From Candidatus Nomurabacteria bacterium (GTDB lineage Bacteria; Patescibacteriota; Minisyncoccia; Phycocordibacterales; UBA9973), in contig JAPLXV010000022.1 of assembly GCA_026395895.1 (NCBI GenBank), positions 1-52,934 on the forward strand: a stretch of 52,934 nt of DNA, in the 5' to 3' direction. Of the stretch, positions 9,800 to 18,282 are shown one piece after another; the stretch's first letter is position 1; the number at the start of each line of letters is the position of its first letter. Position numbers and translations under genes: made by a program. The notes below the pieces were generated by a model. That model was given only the letters and a program-made list of their open reading frames with translations. It ran no database searches and had not been told where the DNA came from.

Positions 9800-11614
9800 A
9801 TGAAAGAAGAAATACAAAGATTTTTTAAAGGGGAAGTGGAAGATAGTGATGAAACACTTTCAAAATATTCTCGGGATGCGAGTATTTTTGAGGTAAGACC
9901 AAAATTAGTGCTTTTCCCGAAAGATTCAAAAGATGTTCAAAATTTAGTGAAATGGGTTTCTGAAAATAAAAATAAATATGCAGACCCGGAGAAAAATAAG
10001 GATTGGAAAAATCTTTCTATTACCGCTCGTTGTGCGGGGACAGATATGTCTGGTGGGGCAATAGGGGAGTCTTTAGTTTTAGATTTTACTCGGCATATGA
10101 ATAAGTTAGTGGCATTTCCCCCCTCTACTTTACAAGGAGAGGGTCGGGGTGAGGTGGATAAAATTACCGTCCAGCCCGGTATGTTCTATCGAGATTTTGA
10201 AAAAATAACTTTAGAAAAAGGATTGATTTTGCCTTGCTATACCGCTTCCAAAAGTATCAATGCTATGGGAGGAATGTTTGGCAATAATTCTGCTGGAGAA
10301 CGAACTCTTAAATATGGAAAAACAGAAGATTATATTTTAGAAGCAAAAGTTGTTTTTTCTGATGGTAATGAGTATGTCATTAAACCGCTTTTTCAAGATG
10401 AATTAACGAAAAAAATCGCACAATCGAATTTTGAAGGGGAAATTTATAAAAATGTTTATAATCTGATAAATAAAAATAAAGAAGAAATAAGTCAGGCAAA
10501 ACCACAAGTCAGTAAAAATTCTGCCGGCTATTACATCTGGAATGTCCTAGAAAACAAAAACCAGAATCTAAAAAATTTTTCAGGTCCTCGGATCTCCGGG
10601 GCCCCGAACCCCGGCCAGACCATTCAAAATCTTTCAAATTTTAGTTTTTTTGATTTAAACAAGCTTCTGGTGGGTTCGCAGGGGACTTTAGGTATAGCCA
10701 CAGAAATTACCTTTAAACTCGTTCCCAACCCTAAATATTCTAAACTAGTAGTTGTTTTTATGAATAATTTGGAACCCTTAGGACGTCTGGTGGATGAGAT
10801 TTTAGTATTTAATCCAGAAACATTAGAAGCTTATGATGACAAGACGATGAAGTTAGCGGTTAAGTTCTTTCCAGATTTTCTAAAAAACAAAGGTTTTATC
10901 GGTATGATTAAATTTATGTGGAGTTTTTTACCAGAATTAAAAATGATGCTCACCGGAGGTTTTCCTAAATTAATTCTTCTAGCTGAATTTGCGGGAGATG
11001 ATGAAATTTTGGTGGATAAACAATGTGTTCTTCTAAAAGAGAGAATAAAAGGTTTTAAATTGAAAGTTCATATTACTAAATCAGAAATTGAAGCAAATAA
11101 ATATTGGGATATTAGAAGAGAGAGTTTTGCTCTTTTACGAAAACATGTTGCCGGTCTTCATACCGCTCCATTCATAGACGACATCATAGTTCGTCCAGAA
11201 TTTTTGCCAAAATTTATTCCAGAACTTAATCAAATTCTTAAACAATATAATTTAACTTACACCATAGCAGGGCATGCTGGAGACGGTAATTTTCATATTA
11301 TTCCTTTGATGGATTTTTCGCGTCCTGATACGGTAAAAATTATCATTGAACTTTCGGAAAAAGTTTACGACCTTGTTTTAAAATATCATGGCTCAATTAC
11401 TGCTGAACATAACGATGGTATTATTCGCACTCCTTTTTTGAAGAAAATGTATGGGGAGAATATTGTTGCTCTTTTTAAAGAAATAAAAAATATTTTTGAC
11501 CCTAAAGATGTTTTTAATCCAGGTAAAAAAGTTACTTTGGAAGATGGAAGTGGCACAAAAGAATATATGACTAAACATATTGTCTTGGAACATAATATCA
11601 TTCACAGAGTTTAG
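9800..11614 (+). CDS. FAD-linked oxidoreductase (GlcD/D-lactate dehydrogenase family)
   Basis: AGTDMSGG, GG...NNS.G, GSQGTLG, GHAGDGNFH, AEHNDG, FDP..VFNPGK. Confidence 0.9.
   Translation: MKEEIQRFFKGEVEDSDETLSKYSRDASIFEVRPKLVLFPKDSKDVQNLVKWVSENKNKYADPEKNKDWKNLSITARCAGTDMSGGAIGESLVLDFTRHMNKLVAFPPSTLQGEGRGEVDKITVQPGMFYRDFEKITLEKGLILPCYTASKSINAMGGMFGNNSAGERTLKYGKTEDYILEAKVVFSDGNEYVIKPLFQDELTKKIAQSNFEGEIYKNVYNLINKNKEEISQAKPQVSKNSAGYYIWNVLENKNQNLKNFSGPRISGAPNPGQTIQNLSNFSFFDLNKLLVGSQGTLGIATEITFKLVPNPKYSKLVVVFMNNLEPLGRLVDEILVFNPETLEAYDDKTMKLAVKFFPDFLKNKGFIGMIKFMWSFLPELKMMLTGGFPKLILLAEFAGDDEILVDKQCVLLKERIKGFKLKVHITKSEIEANKYWDIRRESFALLRKHVAGLHTAPFIDDIIVRPEFLPKFIPELNQILKQYNLTYTIAGHAGDGNFHIIPLMDFSRPDTVKIIIELSEKVYDLVLKYHGSITAEHNDGIIRTPFLKKMYGENIVALFKEIKNIFDPKDVFNPGKKVTLEDGSGTKEYMTKHIVLEHNIIHRV
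10118..10155. repeat. In-frame palindromic remnant in oxidoreductase
   Basis: ccctct..ctt/aag..agaggg plus ggggtgaggt tail shared with 45808-45829; encodes PPSTLQGEGRGEV. Confidence 0.65.
10556..10650. repeat. In-frame MITE-like insertion in oxidoreductase
   Basis: Imperfect 24-nt AT-rich IR around a very GC-rich core; encodes NQNLKNFSGPRISGAPNPGQTIQNLSNFSF between conserved AGYYIW and DL..L.VGSQGTLG. Confidence 0.6.
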
Positions 11615-11651
11615 ATTTGCTTTTTGGCTTTTTTTATATATAATGATGACT

Positions 11652-12350
11652 ATGTTTGTAATTAAGGCTAAAAAGAGAAATGAAAGTGTTAACGTAGATA
11701 CTTTAAGAAAAACGGGAGAAATTCCGGCTGTTTTTTATGGAGCAGGAAAAACTTCTACTTCTATCTCTCTTTCAATTATTGATTTTAAAAAAATCTGGCG
11801 AGAAGCCGGAGAATCTTCCACTGTCAAAATATCAATGGGTGATAATAATATTGATGTGCTTATTCACGAAGTGCAAGTTCATCCAGTAACCGAAGAGCCA
11901 ATTCATGTAGACTTTTTGGTTATAGATATGAACAAGAAGATAAAAGTTAATGTACCGCTTGAATTTATTGGAGTCTCAAATGCAGTCAAAAATGGATTAG
12001 GAAACCTTGTGAAAGTGCTTCATGAAGTAGAAATTGAAGCTTTGCCAAAAGATCTTCCTCATAATCTTGAAGTTGATATTTCTAAACTTGAAACAGTAGA
12101 TGACCAAGTTTTTGTTTCTGATATAAAATTACCGACCGGAGTTGTTGTTATTGAAAATGAACATGATGTTGTGGCTTCTATCGTTCTTCAGGTAGAAGAA
12201 AAAGAAGAAGTTGTAGTACCTGTTGATTTGTCTGCAATTGAGGTTGAAAAGAAAGGCAAGAAAGAGGAAGCTCCGACGCTCGAAGAGGTCGGAGTCCCGA
12301 TCTCTGACGATAGTCAGAGCGTCGGGAAAGGTAAGGAGGAAAAAAAATAA
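11652..12350 (+). CDS. rplY: 50S ribosomal protein bL25 (Ctc form)
   Basis: IPAVFYG, Q.HPV...PIHVDF, LP.DLP..LEVDIS.L; start reassigned 7 nt after TATAAT. Confidence 0.93.
   Translation: MFVIKAKKRNESVNVDTLRKTGEIPAVFYGAGKTSTSISLSIIDFKKIWREAGESSTVKISMGDNNIDVLIHEVQVHPVTEEPIHVDFLVIDMNKKIKVNVPLEFIGVSNAVKNGLGNLVKVLHEVEIEALPKDLPHNLEVDISKLETVDDQVFVSDIKLPTGVVVIENEHDVVASIVLQVEEKEEVVVPVDLSAIEVEKKGKKEEAPTLEEVGVPISDDSQSVGKGKEEKK
12271..12327. repeat. In-frame double-hairpin element in rplY tail
   Basis: ctccgac..gtcggag followed by tcccga.ctctgac-gata-gtcagag..tcggga; 57 nt within the Glu/Lys-rich tail. Confidence 0.8.
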
Positions 12351-12386
12351 CCCCAGTAGTAGAGCAAAGCTCACTACGGGGCAGGG
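12351..12386. repeat. Intergenic palindrome, ccccgtagt...actacgggg family
   Basis: cccc(a)gtagt-agagc-aaa-gctc-actacggggcaggg directly after the rplY stop. Confidence 0.75.
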
Positions 12387-12416
12387 AATTTATTCAATTA
12401 TGATATAATAAAGACT

Positions 12417-13772
12417 ATGGTAAAGAAATTTTCCATAGTTTTTATTTTTATACTTTCAATATTGATTTTCCCGACGCATAAATCGTATGCTGTTTTTGAT
12501 TGTTTGACTTTAAATAACTCTTCTTCCCAAACTGATAAAGATTTTTGTAAAAATGAACTTGCTCAAATAGAAGCTCAACTTACTGATTTGTTAAATAAAC
12601 AAGCAGAACAACAAAAACAATCAGGCACCTTGAAAGGCGATGTATTAGCATTAACTGCTCAAATCAATGCTCTGAAAACAAAAATTAAAGCTAGAGCTTT
12701 AAAAATTGCGCAACTGAAGGTTGATATAAATGATAAAGTTAAACAAATTACAACCTTATCTGAGAAAATAAGTCGTGAACATGAATCTCTTGCTCAACTA
12801 TTACGCAACACGAATGATTTTGATAACCAAGATTTTATTTATTTAATATTTTCGGATGAAAGTCTCTCTGCTTTCTATAGCGACCTAGAATCCTATAATT
12901 CAATTAAACAAGCAATAAAAAATTCTGTTGATATAATTAATGGAGTAAAAGCGCAAACTGAAGTTACCAAAACTGGTTTAGAAAAACAACAAAACGCAGA
13001 AACTGATGCTAAAGCTGAATTAGAAAGCGCCCAAAAACAAGTTGCCAAATCTGAAGCGGATAAAAAACAACTGCTTGCCATTTCTAAAAACAAAGAAGCA
13101 GAGTATCAAAAACTAGCGGCCCAAAAGAAAGCTCAAGCTGATAAAATTCGTAGCGCCTTGTTCGCTTTGGCTGGTATTTCTCAGAAAATAGAATTCGGTA
13201 CTGCTCTTCAATATGCCAATGAAGCTAAAACTAAATTTGGTATTGATCCAGCGTTTCTGCTTGCTGTTCTTACACAGGAAAGTAATTTAGGAGCAAATGT
13301 TGGACAATGTTATTTAACAAATCCGGATACAGGGGCGGGAGTCGGAAAAAATACAGGAGTAGTATTTTCAAATGTAATGAAACCAACACGTGATGTGACT
13401 CCATTTTTAGAAATTACTACTGCTCTTAGTTTTAATGCATATCAAACTGCTGTCTCTTGTCCAATCGCTGGTGTGTCAGGCTGGGGTGGAGCGATGGGTC
13501 CAGCCCAATTTATTCCATCAACTTGGAAATTATTTGAAGATAGGTTGCAAAGTATTCTAGGATATTTTGCTAATCCTTGGTCTCCACGAGACGCTTTTAT
13601 GGCTTCAGCTATGTATCTAACTGACCTCGGAGCAGTAGGTAATAGTGCCAGTGCGCAAAATAAAGCAGCTTGCAGATATTATGGTTCTAGTGGATCAACC
13701 TGTTCTTATAGTCGCAGTGTTATGAAATATAAATCTACCATTCAAAGTAATATAAATTTGCTTTCAAGCTAA
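12417..13772 (+). CDS. Secreted coiled-coil protein with C-terminal lytic transglycosylase domain
   Basis: Signal peptide, long coiled coil, catalytic QES, GAMGPAQFIPSTW, A..YL. Confidence 0.85.
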   Translation: MVKKFSIVFIFILSILIFPTHKSYAVFDCLTLNNSSSQTDKDFCKNELAQIEAQLTDLLNKQAEQQKQSGTLKGDVLALTAQINALKTKIKARALKIAQLKVDINDKVKQITTLSEKISREHESLAQLLRNTNDFDNQDFIYLIFSDESLSAFYSDLESYNSIKQAIKNSVDIINGVKAQTEVTKTGLEKQQNAETDAKAELESAQKQVAKSEADKKQLLAISKNKEAEYQKLAAQKKAQADKIRSALFALAGISQKIEFGTALQYANEAKTKFGIDPAFLLAVLTQESNLGANVGQCYLTNPDTGAGVGKNTGVVFSNVMKPTRDVTPFLEITTALSFNAYQTAVSCPIAGVSGWGGAMGPAQFIPSTWKLFEDRLQSILGYFANPWSPRDAFMASAMYLTDLGAVGNSASAQNKAACRYYGSSGSTCSYSRSVMKYKSTIQSNINLLSS

Positions 13773-13795
13773 AATTGTGATAATCTGATTCAGTT

Positions 13796-14014
13796 ATGAA
13801 AAAAGACATTCACCCAAAATATAATATAAAAACTAAAGCTACCTGCGCTTGTGGAGCTGTTTTTGAAGTCGGTTCCACTATGCCTGAAATTAAAATGGAA
13901 ATTTGTAGTCATTGCCATCCTTTTTATACTGGTAATGATAAAGTTATGGATACTGCTGGGCGCGTAGAACGTTTTAATAAGCGTCGAGCTCTATCAGCTA
14001 AAGTTAAGAAGTAA
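13796..14014 (+). CDS. rpmE: 50S ribosomal protein bL31 (Zn-binding type)
   Basis: [29 protein letters not shown]. Confidence 0.97.
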   Translation: MKKDIHPKYNIKTKATCACGAVFEVGSTMPEIKMEICSHCHPFYTGNDKVMDTAGRVERFNKRRALSAKVKK

Positions 14015-14100
14015 AATTCTCCTCTTGAGGAGTACCCTTTAGGGGGAGGTGGAAATAATATCCACCCCGACGCAAGCGTCACCCCTCAAGGAGGGGAATT
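14015..14100. repeat. Multi-branched palindromic intergenic element
   Basis: aattctcctcttgagg ... cctcaaggaggggaatt ends; internal ggtgga/tccacc and gacgc/gcgtc stems. Confidence 0.75.
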
Positions 14101-14104
14101 AAAC

Positions 14105-15073
14105 ATGAACTTCAATTTAGATGAACTAAAAAAGAATCACAACACGAGCTACTTGGCCAGTATTTTGGAGCGCTTGGATAAGGAAGAAATTGAAGTAAGA
14201 GAAATGCTTACGAAAGATGATTCTTTAAAAGAAATGGTAGATGGGGAATTAAAATCTATTCAGGAGCAAAGAGAGGCGACAGAAAAACAAATTCAAGATA
14301 TTTTGGACAAAGATGTTCAAGAAGAAGAAATGGCTAATGAAGTAGTGCTGGAAGTAAGAGCCGGAGCCGGAGGAGACGAAGCTTCTCTTTTTGCTTGGGA
14401 GTTAGCGCATATGTATGAATTATTTTCTACCGTCAAAGGTTGGCAGTGGAAAACAAATTACGAATCAAAAAGTGAATTGGGTGGATACAAAGAAGCCAGT
14501 TTTGAAATAAAAGGAAAAGATATTTATAATCAATTACGTTATGAAACTGGCGTGCATCGAGTGCAACGTATTCCGGCTACGGAAAAAAATGGCCGAGTGC
14601 ATACTTCCACCGCCTCAGTGGCTGTGCTTCCAATTCGCAAAAAAGTTTTATTTGAAATCAATCCTGCTGATTTAGAAATGGAATATTCTCGTTCTGGTGG
14701 AAAGGGCGGACAGAATGTAAATAAAGTGGAAACAGCTGTGCGATTAATTCATAAACCAACAGGCCTGGATGTGCGTTCTACTAACGAAAGAAGCCAGCTG
14801 GCTAATCGCGAAAAGGCATTGATGATTTTGACTGCCAAACTTCAGCAACTAAAAGAAGAAGAGGAAGCAAAAAAATATGCTGGTGTTCGCAAAGATCAAA
14901 TTGGAACAGGTGATCGTTCCGAAAAAATTCGCACCTATAATTTTTCACAAGATCGCGTAACCGACCATCGCATTAAAAAATCTTGGCACAATTTGCCAAA
15001 AATAATGGCAGGATATATTGAAGAAATAGTTGAAGCATTGCAGTCTGGTGAGACGGGAGATGAAGAGGAATAA
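14105..15073 (+). CDS. prfA: Peptide chain release factor 1
   Basis: GGDEA, GVHRVQR, PxT recognition motif (PAT), GGQ, IRTYN. Confidence 0.95.
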   Translation: MNFNLDELKKNHNTSYLASILERLDKEEIEVREMLTKDDSLKEMVDGELKSIQEQREATEKQIQDILDKDVQEEEMANEVVLEVRAGAGGDEASLFAWELAHMYELFSTVKGWQWKTNYESKSELGGYKEASFEIKGKDIYNQLRYETGVHRVQRIPATEKNGRVHTSTASVAVLPIRKKVLFEINPADLEMEYSRSGGKGGQNVNKVETAVRLIHKPTGLDVRSTNERSQLANREKALMILTAKLQQLKEEEEAKKYAGVRKDQIGTGDRSEKIRTYNFSQDRVTDHRIKKSWHNLPKIMAGYIEEIVEALQSGETGDEEE

Positions 15074-15120
15074 AATTTAGTATTACTTGCTAGGTTTTAA
15101 TGTTGTAGTATAATTTATAT

Positions 15121-15330
15121 ATGAGTAAAAAAATAGACAAAACATCCAGTAATTTCAATAAAATAATGAGATCTTTTAAAGATAAATGGGTAGCTGTATC
15201 CCCAGACTATTCTAAGGTTTTTGCTAGTGCCAATACACTAAGTGGTGTTATGAATAAGATTGAAAAAGATGCAAAATTAAAAATATTTAAAGTAGTATCT
15301 TTAAATATGATTTATTCTCCTTTTAACTAA
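15121..15330 (+). CDS. Small hypothetical protein (DUF5678-like)
   Basis: KWVAV motif; 69 aa directly upstream of an aspartyl protease; TATAAT 6 nt before ATG. Confidence 0.6.
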   Translation: MSKKIDKTSSNFNKIMRSFKDKWVAVSPDYSKVFASANTLSGVMNKIEKDAKLKIFKVVSLNMIYSPFN

Positions 15331-15333
15331 AAT

Positions 15334-15744
15334 ATGAAGTATCAATATCTCACTGTTTTAAATGGAGATCCAAATGGTAAACATTTTCGTCGTCCTGCAG
15401 TAGATGTTGAAATTTTTGGTCCAGACAGAAGTTTGAATACTTTTGCTCTTTTAGATTCCGGGGCAGACAATTGTCTTTTCCAGTTTGAATTTGCGGAAGC
15501 TATAGGTATAGATTTAACCAAATGTAAAAAATCTATGACTATAGGAGTAGAAGGGAATGGAGCTGAAATTTATTTAACGGATATTGAAATAAAAGTAAAA
15601 GGTTTAGAAAAGATAAAAGTTCCAGTTGGATTTATAAAAAGCAAATCTGTAAATGGGCTTCTTGGTCAAATTGGTTTTTTTGATTTGAATCGTATTAAAT
15701 TTGAACGAGATCACAATATTTTTGAAATTAATCCTATTAAATAA
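15334..15744 (+). CDS. Retropepsin-like (clan AA) aspartyl protease
   Basis: ALLDSGAD catalytic motif, GLLG..GFF C-terminal motif. Confidence 0.85.
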   Translation: MKYQYLTVLNGDPNGKHFRRPAVDVEIFGPDRSLNTFALLDSGADNCLFQFEFAEAIGIDLTKCKKSMTIGVEGNGAEIYLTDIEIKVKGLEKIKVPVGFIKSKSVNGLLGQIGFFDLNRIKFERDHNIFEINPIK

Positions 15745-15754
15745 ATTAATATAA

Positions 15755-16555
15755 GTGAAACAACATCCAACAAAAATAGATATAGCAGTATTAATAGGAT
15801 TGCCAGTTATTTCCTTAATCTTATCTCTTCTGTTTCGCTCGCCTTATCATGTTTTTACAACTTTATTTTTTTATGGTTTACCGTCGCTATATTTAATATT
15901 TCGTTACAAAGAGTATTTCTATGCTTTTAAAGGTTTAATTTATGTGCTTATAGTAGCAACACCAATTGCCATCATTGTTGATTATATAGGCATATCAAGT
16001 GGATTATGGTTTGACCCATATAGCATTTTTGTAAATAGGTTTTTGGGAGTAATTCCCTTGGAGGATTTGATTTGGATGTATTCAGCTACTTATTTGATAA
16101 TGATTTTTTATCAAACATTTCTTGATATTGGAAAGAAAGAACTTATTAATAAAAAAATTATAAAATTCATAATTCCAGCGCTTATTGCGTTAGCTATTTT
16201 CTTTGTTTTGGTTTTAACCAATAATTCTCAAATTTTCTTTTGGCATAGCAAATATACATATACGATTCTTTGCACTATTTTCTTTTTACTACCTTCTATT
16301 ATTTTTTTATTATTTTTTCCACACTTTCTCAAAAAATCTTTAAGCATAACAGTTTATTTTTTCTATGTTACCACTTTCCTAGAATTGACTACCACATACC
16401 TTAATCAATGGGTTTTTAAGGGAGAATACATAATCAAACCTTTTTCTTTGTTTGGTTTTGGACTTGTTTCATTTGAAGAACTTTTCTTTGTTGGTATCGT
16501 GGGTCCAATTGCTGCTATTGCCTTTTATGAATTTTTTGATGATGATTTAGTGTGA
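15755..16555 (+). CDS. Polytopic membrane protein, lycopene-cyclase-domain-like repeat
   Basis: Two repeats ending W.F...G.IPLED and W.F...G..SFEE; highly hydrophobic. Confidence 0.6.
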   Translation: MKQHPTKIDIAVLIGLPVISLILSLLFRSPYHVFTTLFFYGLPSLYLIFRYKEYFYAFKGLIYVLIVATPIAIIVDYIGISSGLWFDPYSIFVNRFLGVIPLEDLIWMYSATYLIMIFYQTFLDIGKKELINKKIIKFIIPALIALAIFFVLVLTNNSQIFFWHSKYTYTILCTIFFLLPSIIFLLFFPHFLKKSLSITVYFFYVTTFLELTTTYLNQWVFKGEYIIKPFSLFGFGLVSFEELFFVGIVGPIAAIAFYEFFDDDLV

Positions 16556-16578
16556 AAAATTTAAGTCTATTAACAAAA

Positions 16579-16679
16579 TAAAAAATCTTGGCACAATTTG
16601 CCCAAAATAATGACGGGGTATATAGAAGAAATTGTGGACGCTCTTCAATCTGGCGAGACGGGAGAGGAAGAGGAATAAA
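16579..16679 (+). pseudogene. Diverged duplicate of the prfA 3' end (32 codons + stop)
   Basis: 87/101 identical to 14974-15074; reads [32 protein letters not shown]. Confidence 0.92.
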
Positions 16680-16681
16680 GC

Positions 16682-16710
16682 TTGACAAATTATGTAAAGT
16701 CTGCTATACT
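16682..16710 (+). promoter_or_regulatory. Consensus sigma70 promoter
   Basis: TTGACA-17 nt-TATACT with TG extension. Confidence 0.75.
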
Positions 16711-16765
16711 CTACGCAGATGTTACTTAAATCATAATAATTAATCACAATTTCTCGGAGGAGAAA

Positions 16766-17218
16766 ATGAAAAATTCAAGTGTAGTATTTTTAAGATGGCT
16801 TCGTTTAGCTTTCTATAGTTTTTTTTGTGTTGTTGTGACTTATTTTGTTTTTAATTGGTCTCTTCGGTCATTTTCAGAAGGGAGTATTATTGAAGGGATT
16901 GTACGTCTTTTAATTGCATTAACTTGGTTATTAACGGCCGGAGGAGCTCAATTTAGAAACGGAAGAGGTCTTGCCGCAGAGCTTTCGGGAAGAATTCCTT
17001 GTGGTATACCATTAAAAGTGCAATACAGAAGGGAAATTACAAGATATTCCAACGGACAAGGCTGTGAAAAAATTATTCTTATTTTGAAAGACGAGAAAGA
17101 TAAGTTTCTTTTCTTTGAATTATCAAAAACAAAATTTTCAACAACGGATTTTCCTCCACTTTTCTTTTTAGAAAAAGATGAAGAAAGAAACTTTATTGTT
17201 CATGAAATTAAGGCTTAG
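16766..17218 (+). CDS. Hypothetical membrane protein
   Basis: Two TM segments; GGAGG SD, own promoter and terminator. Confidence 0.7.
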   Translation: MKNSSVVFLRWLRLAFYSFFCVVVTYFVFNWSLRSFSEGSIIEGIVRLLIALTWLLTAGGAQFRNGRGLAAELSGRIPCGIPLKVQYRREITRYSNGQGCEKIILILKDEKDKFLFFELSKTKFSTTDFPPLFFLEKDEERNFIVHEIKA

Positions 17219-17229
17219 TTAAAGCCCAT

Positions 17230-17260
17230 AAAAAGCCCATAAGCTTTTGGTGGGCTTTTT
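17230..17260 (+). terminator. Intrinsic terminator
   Basis: aaaaagccca...tgggcttttt. Confidence 0.75.
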
Positions 17261-17458
17261 ATGTTTTTACCAATTTTTTGCTTTTATTTTATTTTTATGT
17301 AATACTTATTGTGTAGTTTCTCGTAGAAGTTTAAGTTTTCGTTAAAGAGATTTGAGCGACAAGAGTATCTACGTTCGTCAAAAGCGGAATTTATTCGCCT
17401 CTGGCGGGCATTATAATTATTTTTTGCTCGTTTTTTAAAAATGAGAGAAGTATAAAAT

Positions 17459-17797
17459 ATGGCTACAAAGCTATATGTAGGGGGACTCCCTTACAGTGTT
17501 CAAGAAGATGCGTTGAAAGACCTCTTCGCACAAGCTGGTAATGTTACATCAGCTGTGATTATTATGGATAAGATGTCAGGTCGCTCAAAGGGTTTTGGAT
17601 TCGTGGAAATGGCAACAGCCGAGGAAGCAGCAAGTGCTATCTCAATGTTTAATGACCAAGAATTTGAAGGACGCAAGCTTACAGTAAATGAGGCTCGTCC
17701 AATGGAAGCTCGACCACCTCGCACAGGAGGTAATGGCGGATACGGCGGAGGAAATGGCGGTTACGGCGGTGGAAATCGCGGACGTCGAGAATACTAA
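17459..17797 (+). CDS. RRM RNA-binding protein with Gly-rich tail
   Basis: RNP2 KLYVGGL, RNP1 KGFGFVEM, GGNGGY repeats. Confidence 0.95.
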   Translation: MATKLYVGGLPYSVQEDALKDLFAQAGNVTSAVIIMDKMSGRSKGFGFVEMATAEEAASAISMFNDQEFEGRKLTVNEARPMEARPPRTGGNGGYGGGNGGYGGGNRGRREY

Positions 17798-17811
17798 TCT
17801 ATAATTAGTGC

Positions 17812-17842
17812 GCAAAAATCGCCCTTAGGGCGATTTTTGTTT
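17812..17842 (+). terminator. Intrinsic terminator
   Basis: caaaaatcgccc-tta-gggcgatttttg followed by T residues. Confidence 0.75.
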
Positions 17843-17877
17843 GCAGATAAAACATATATGTGATATAGTCTTTTCAG

Positions 17878-17929
17878 GGGCGTGTAGTTCAGTTCCGCCA
17901 GAGGCGGATAAAGTCCGAATGCTGTCCTG
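17878..17929 (+). pseudogene. Duplicated 5' half of tRNA-Ile with palindrome in the D-loop
   Basis: gggcgtgtagttcagt identical to tRNA 5' end, then tccgccagaggcgga, then gaatgctgtcctg (tRNA: gaacgctgtcctg). Confidence 0.85.
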
Positions 17930-17942
17930 TGAGTTTTTAAAA

Positions 17943-18014
17943 GGGCGTGTAGTTCAGTGGTAGAACGCTGTCCTGATAAGACAGAGGCCGTAGGTCCGAT
18001 TCCTACCACGCCCA
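17943..18014 (+). tRNA. tRNA-Ile(GAT)
   Basis: Acceptor gggcgtg/cacgccc, anticodon arm ctgtc-ctGATaa-gacag, T arm gtagg-tccgatt-cctac. Confidence 0.93.
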
Positions 18015-18015
18015 C

Positions 18016-18279
18016 ATGGCGGAAATTGAAAATAATAAAAGACAAACAGGCCCTTGGTGGAAACCAGCAGTTGAAATATTTAGTGAAATTTCTACGTGGA
18101 TTATTGTACCCATAGTGTTGGCATTGGTTGGAGGCAAAGCCTTGGATGCGCATTACGGGACAAAACCGATTATTTTTCTTTCATTGGCAGGATTTGGATT
18201 TCTGATTACATGTTTTGGTATATTTCGGATTGTGAAGAATTATATGAAAAAATTGAAAGAAATAGAAAAGAAAAATTAG
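18016..18279 (+). CDS. AtpZ/AtpI family protein
   Basis: Two TM helices, G..LD...GT.P motif, first gene of the atp operon. Confidence 0.8.
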   Translation: MAEIENNKRQTGPWWKPAVEIFSEISTWIIVPIVLALVGGKALDAHYGTKPIIFLSLAGFGFLITCFGIFRIVKNYMKKLKEIEKKN

Positions 18280-18282
18280 TTT

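Noticed and set aside
14974-16679. prfA repeat pair as a DGR template/variable repeat
   Set aside because: Mismatches are mostly synonymous third-position changes and not confined to adenines; no reverse transcriptase is in the window.
17727-17777. Tandem GGNGGY-coding repeats in the RRM gene
   Set aside because: Ordinary Gly-rich tail with synonymous variation.
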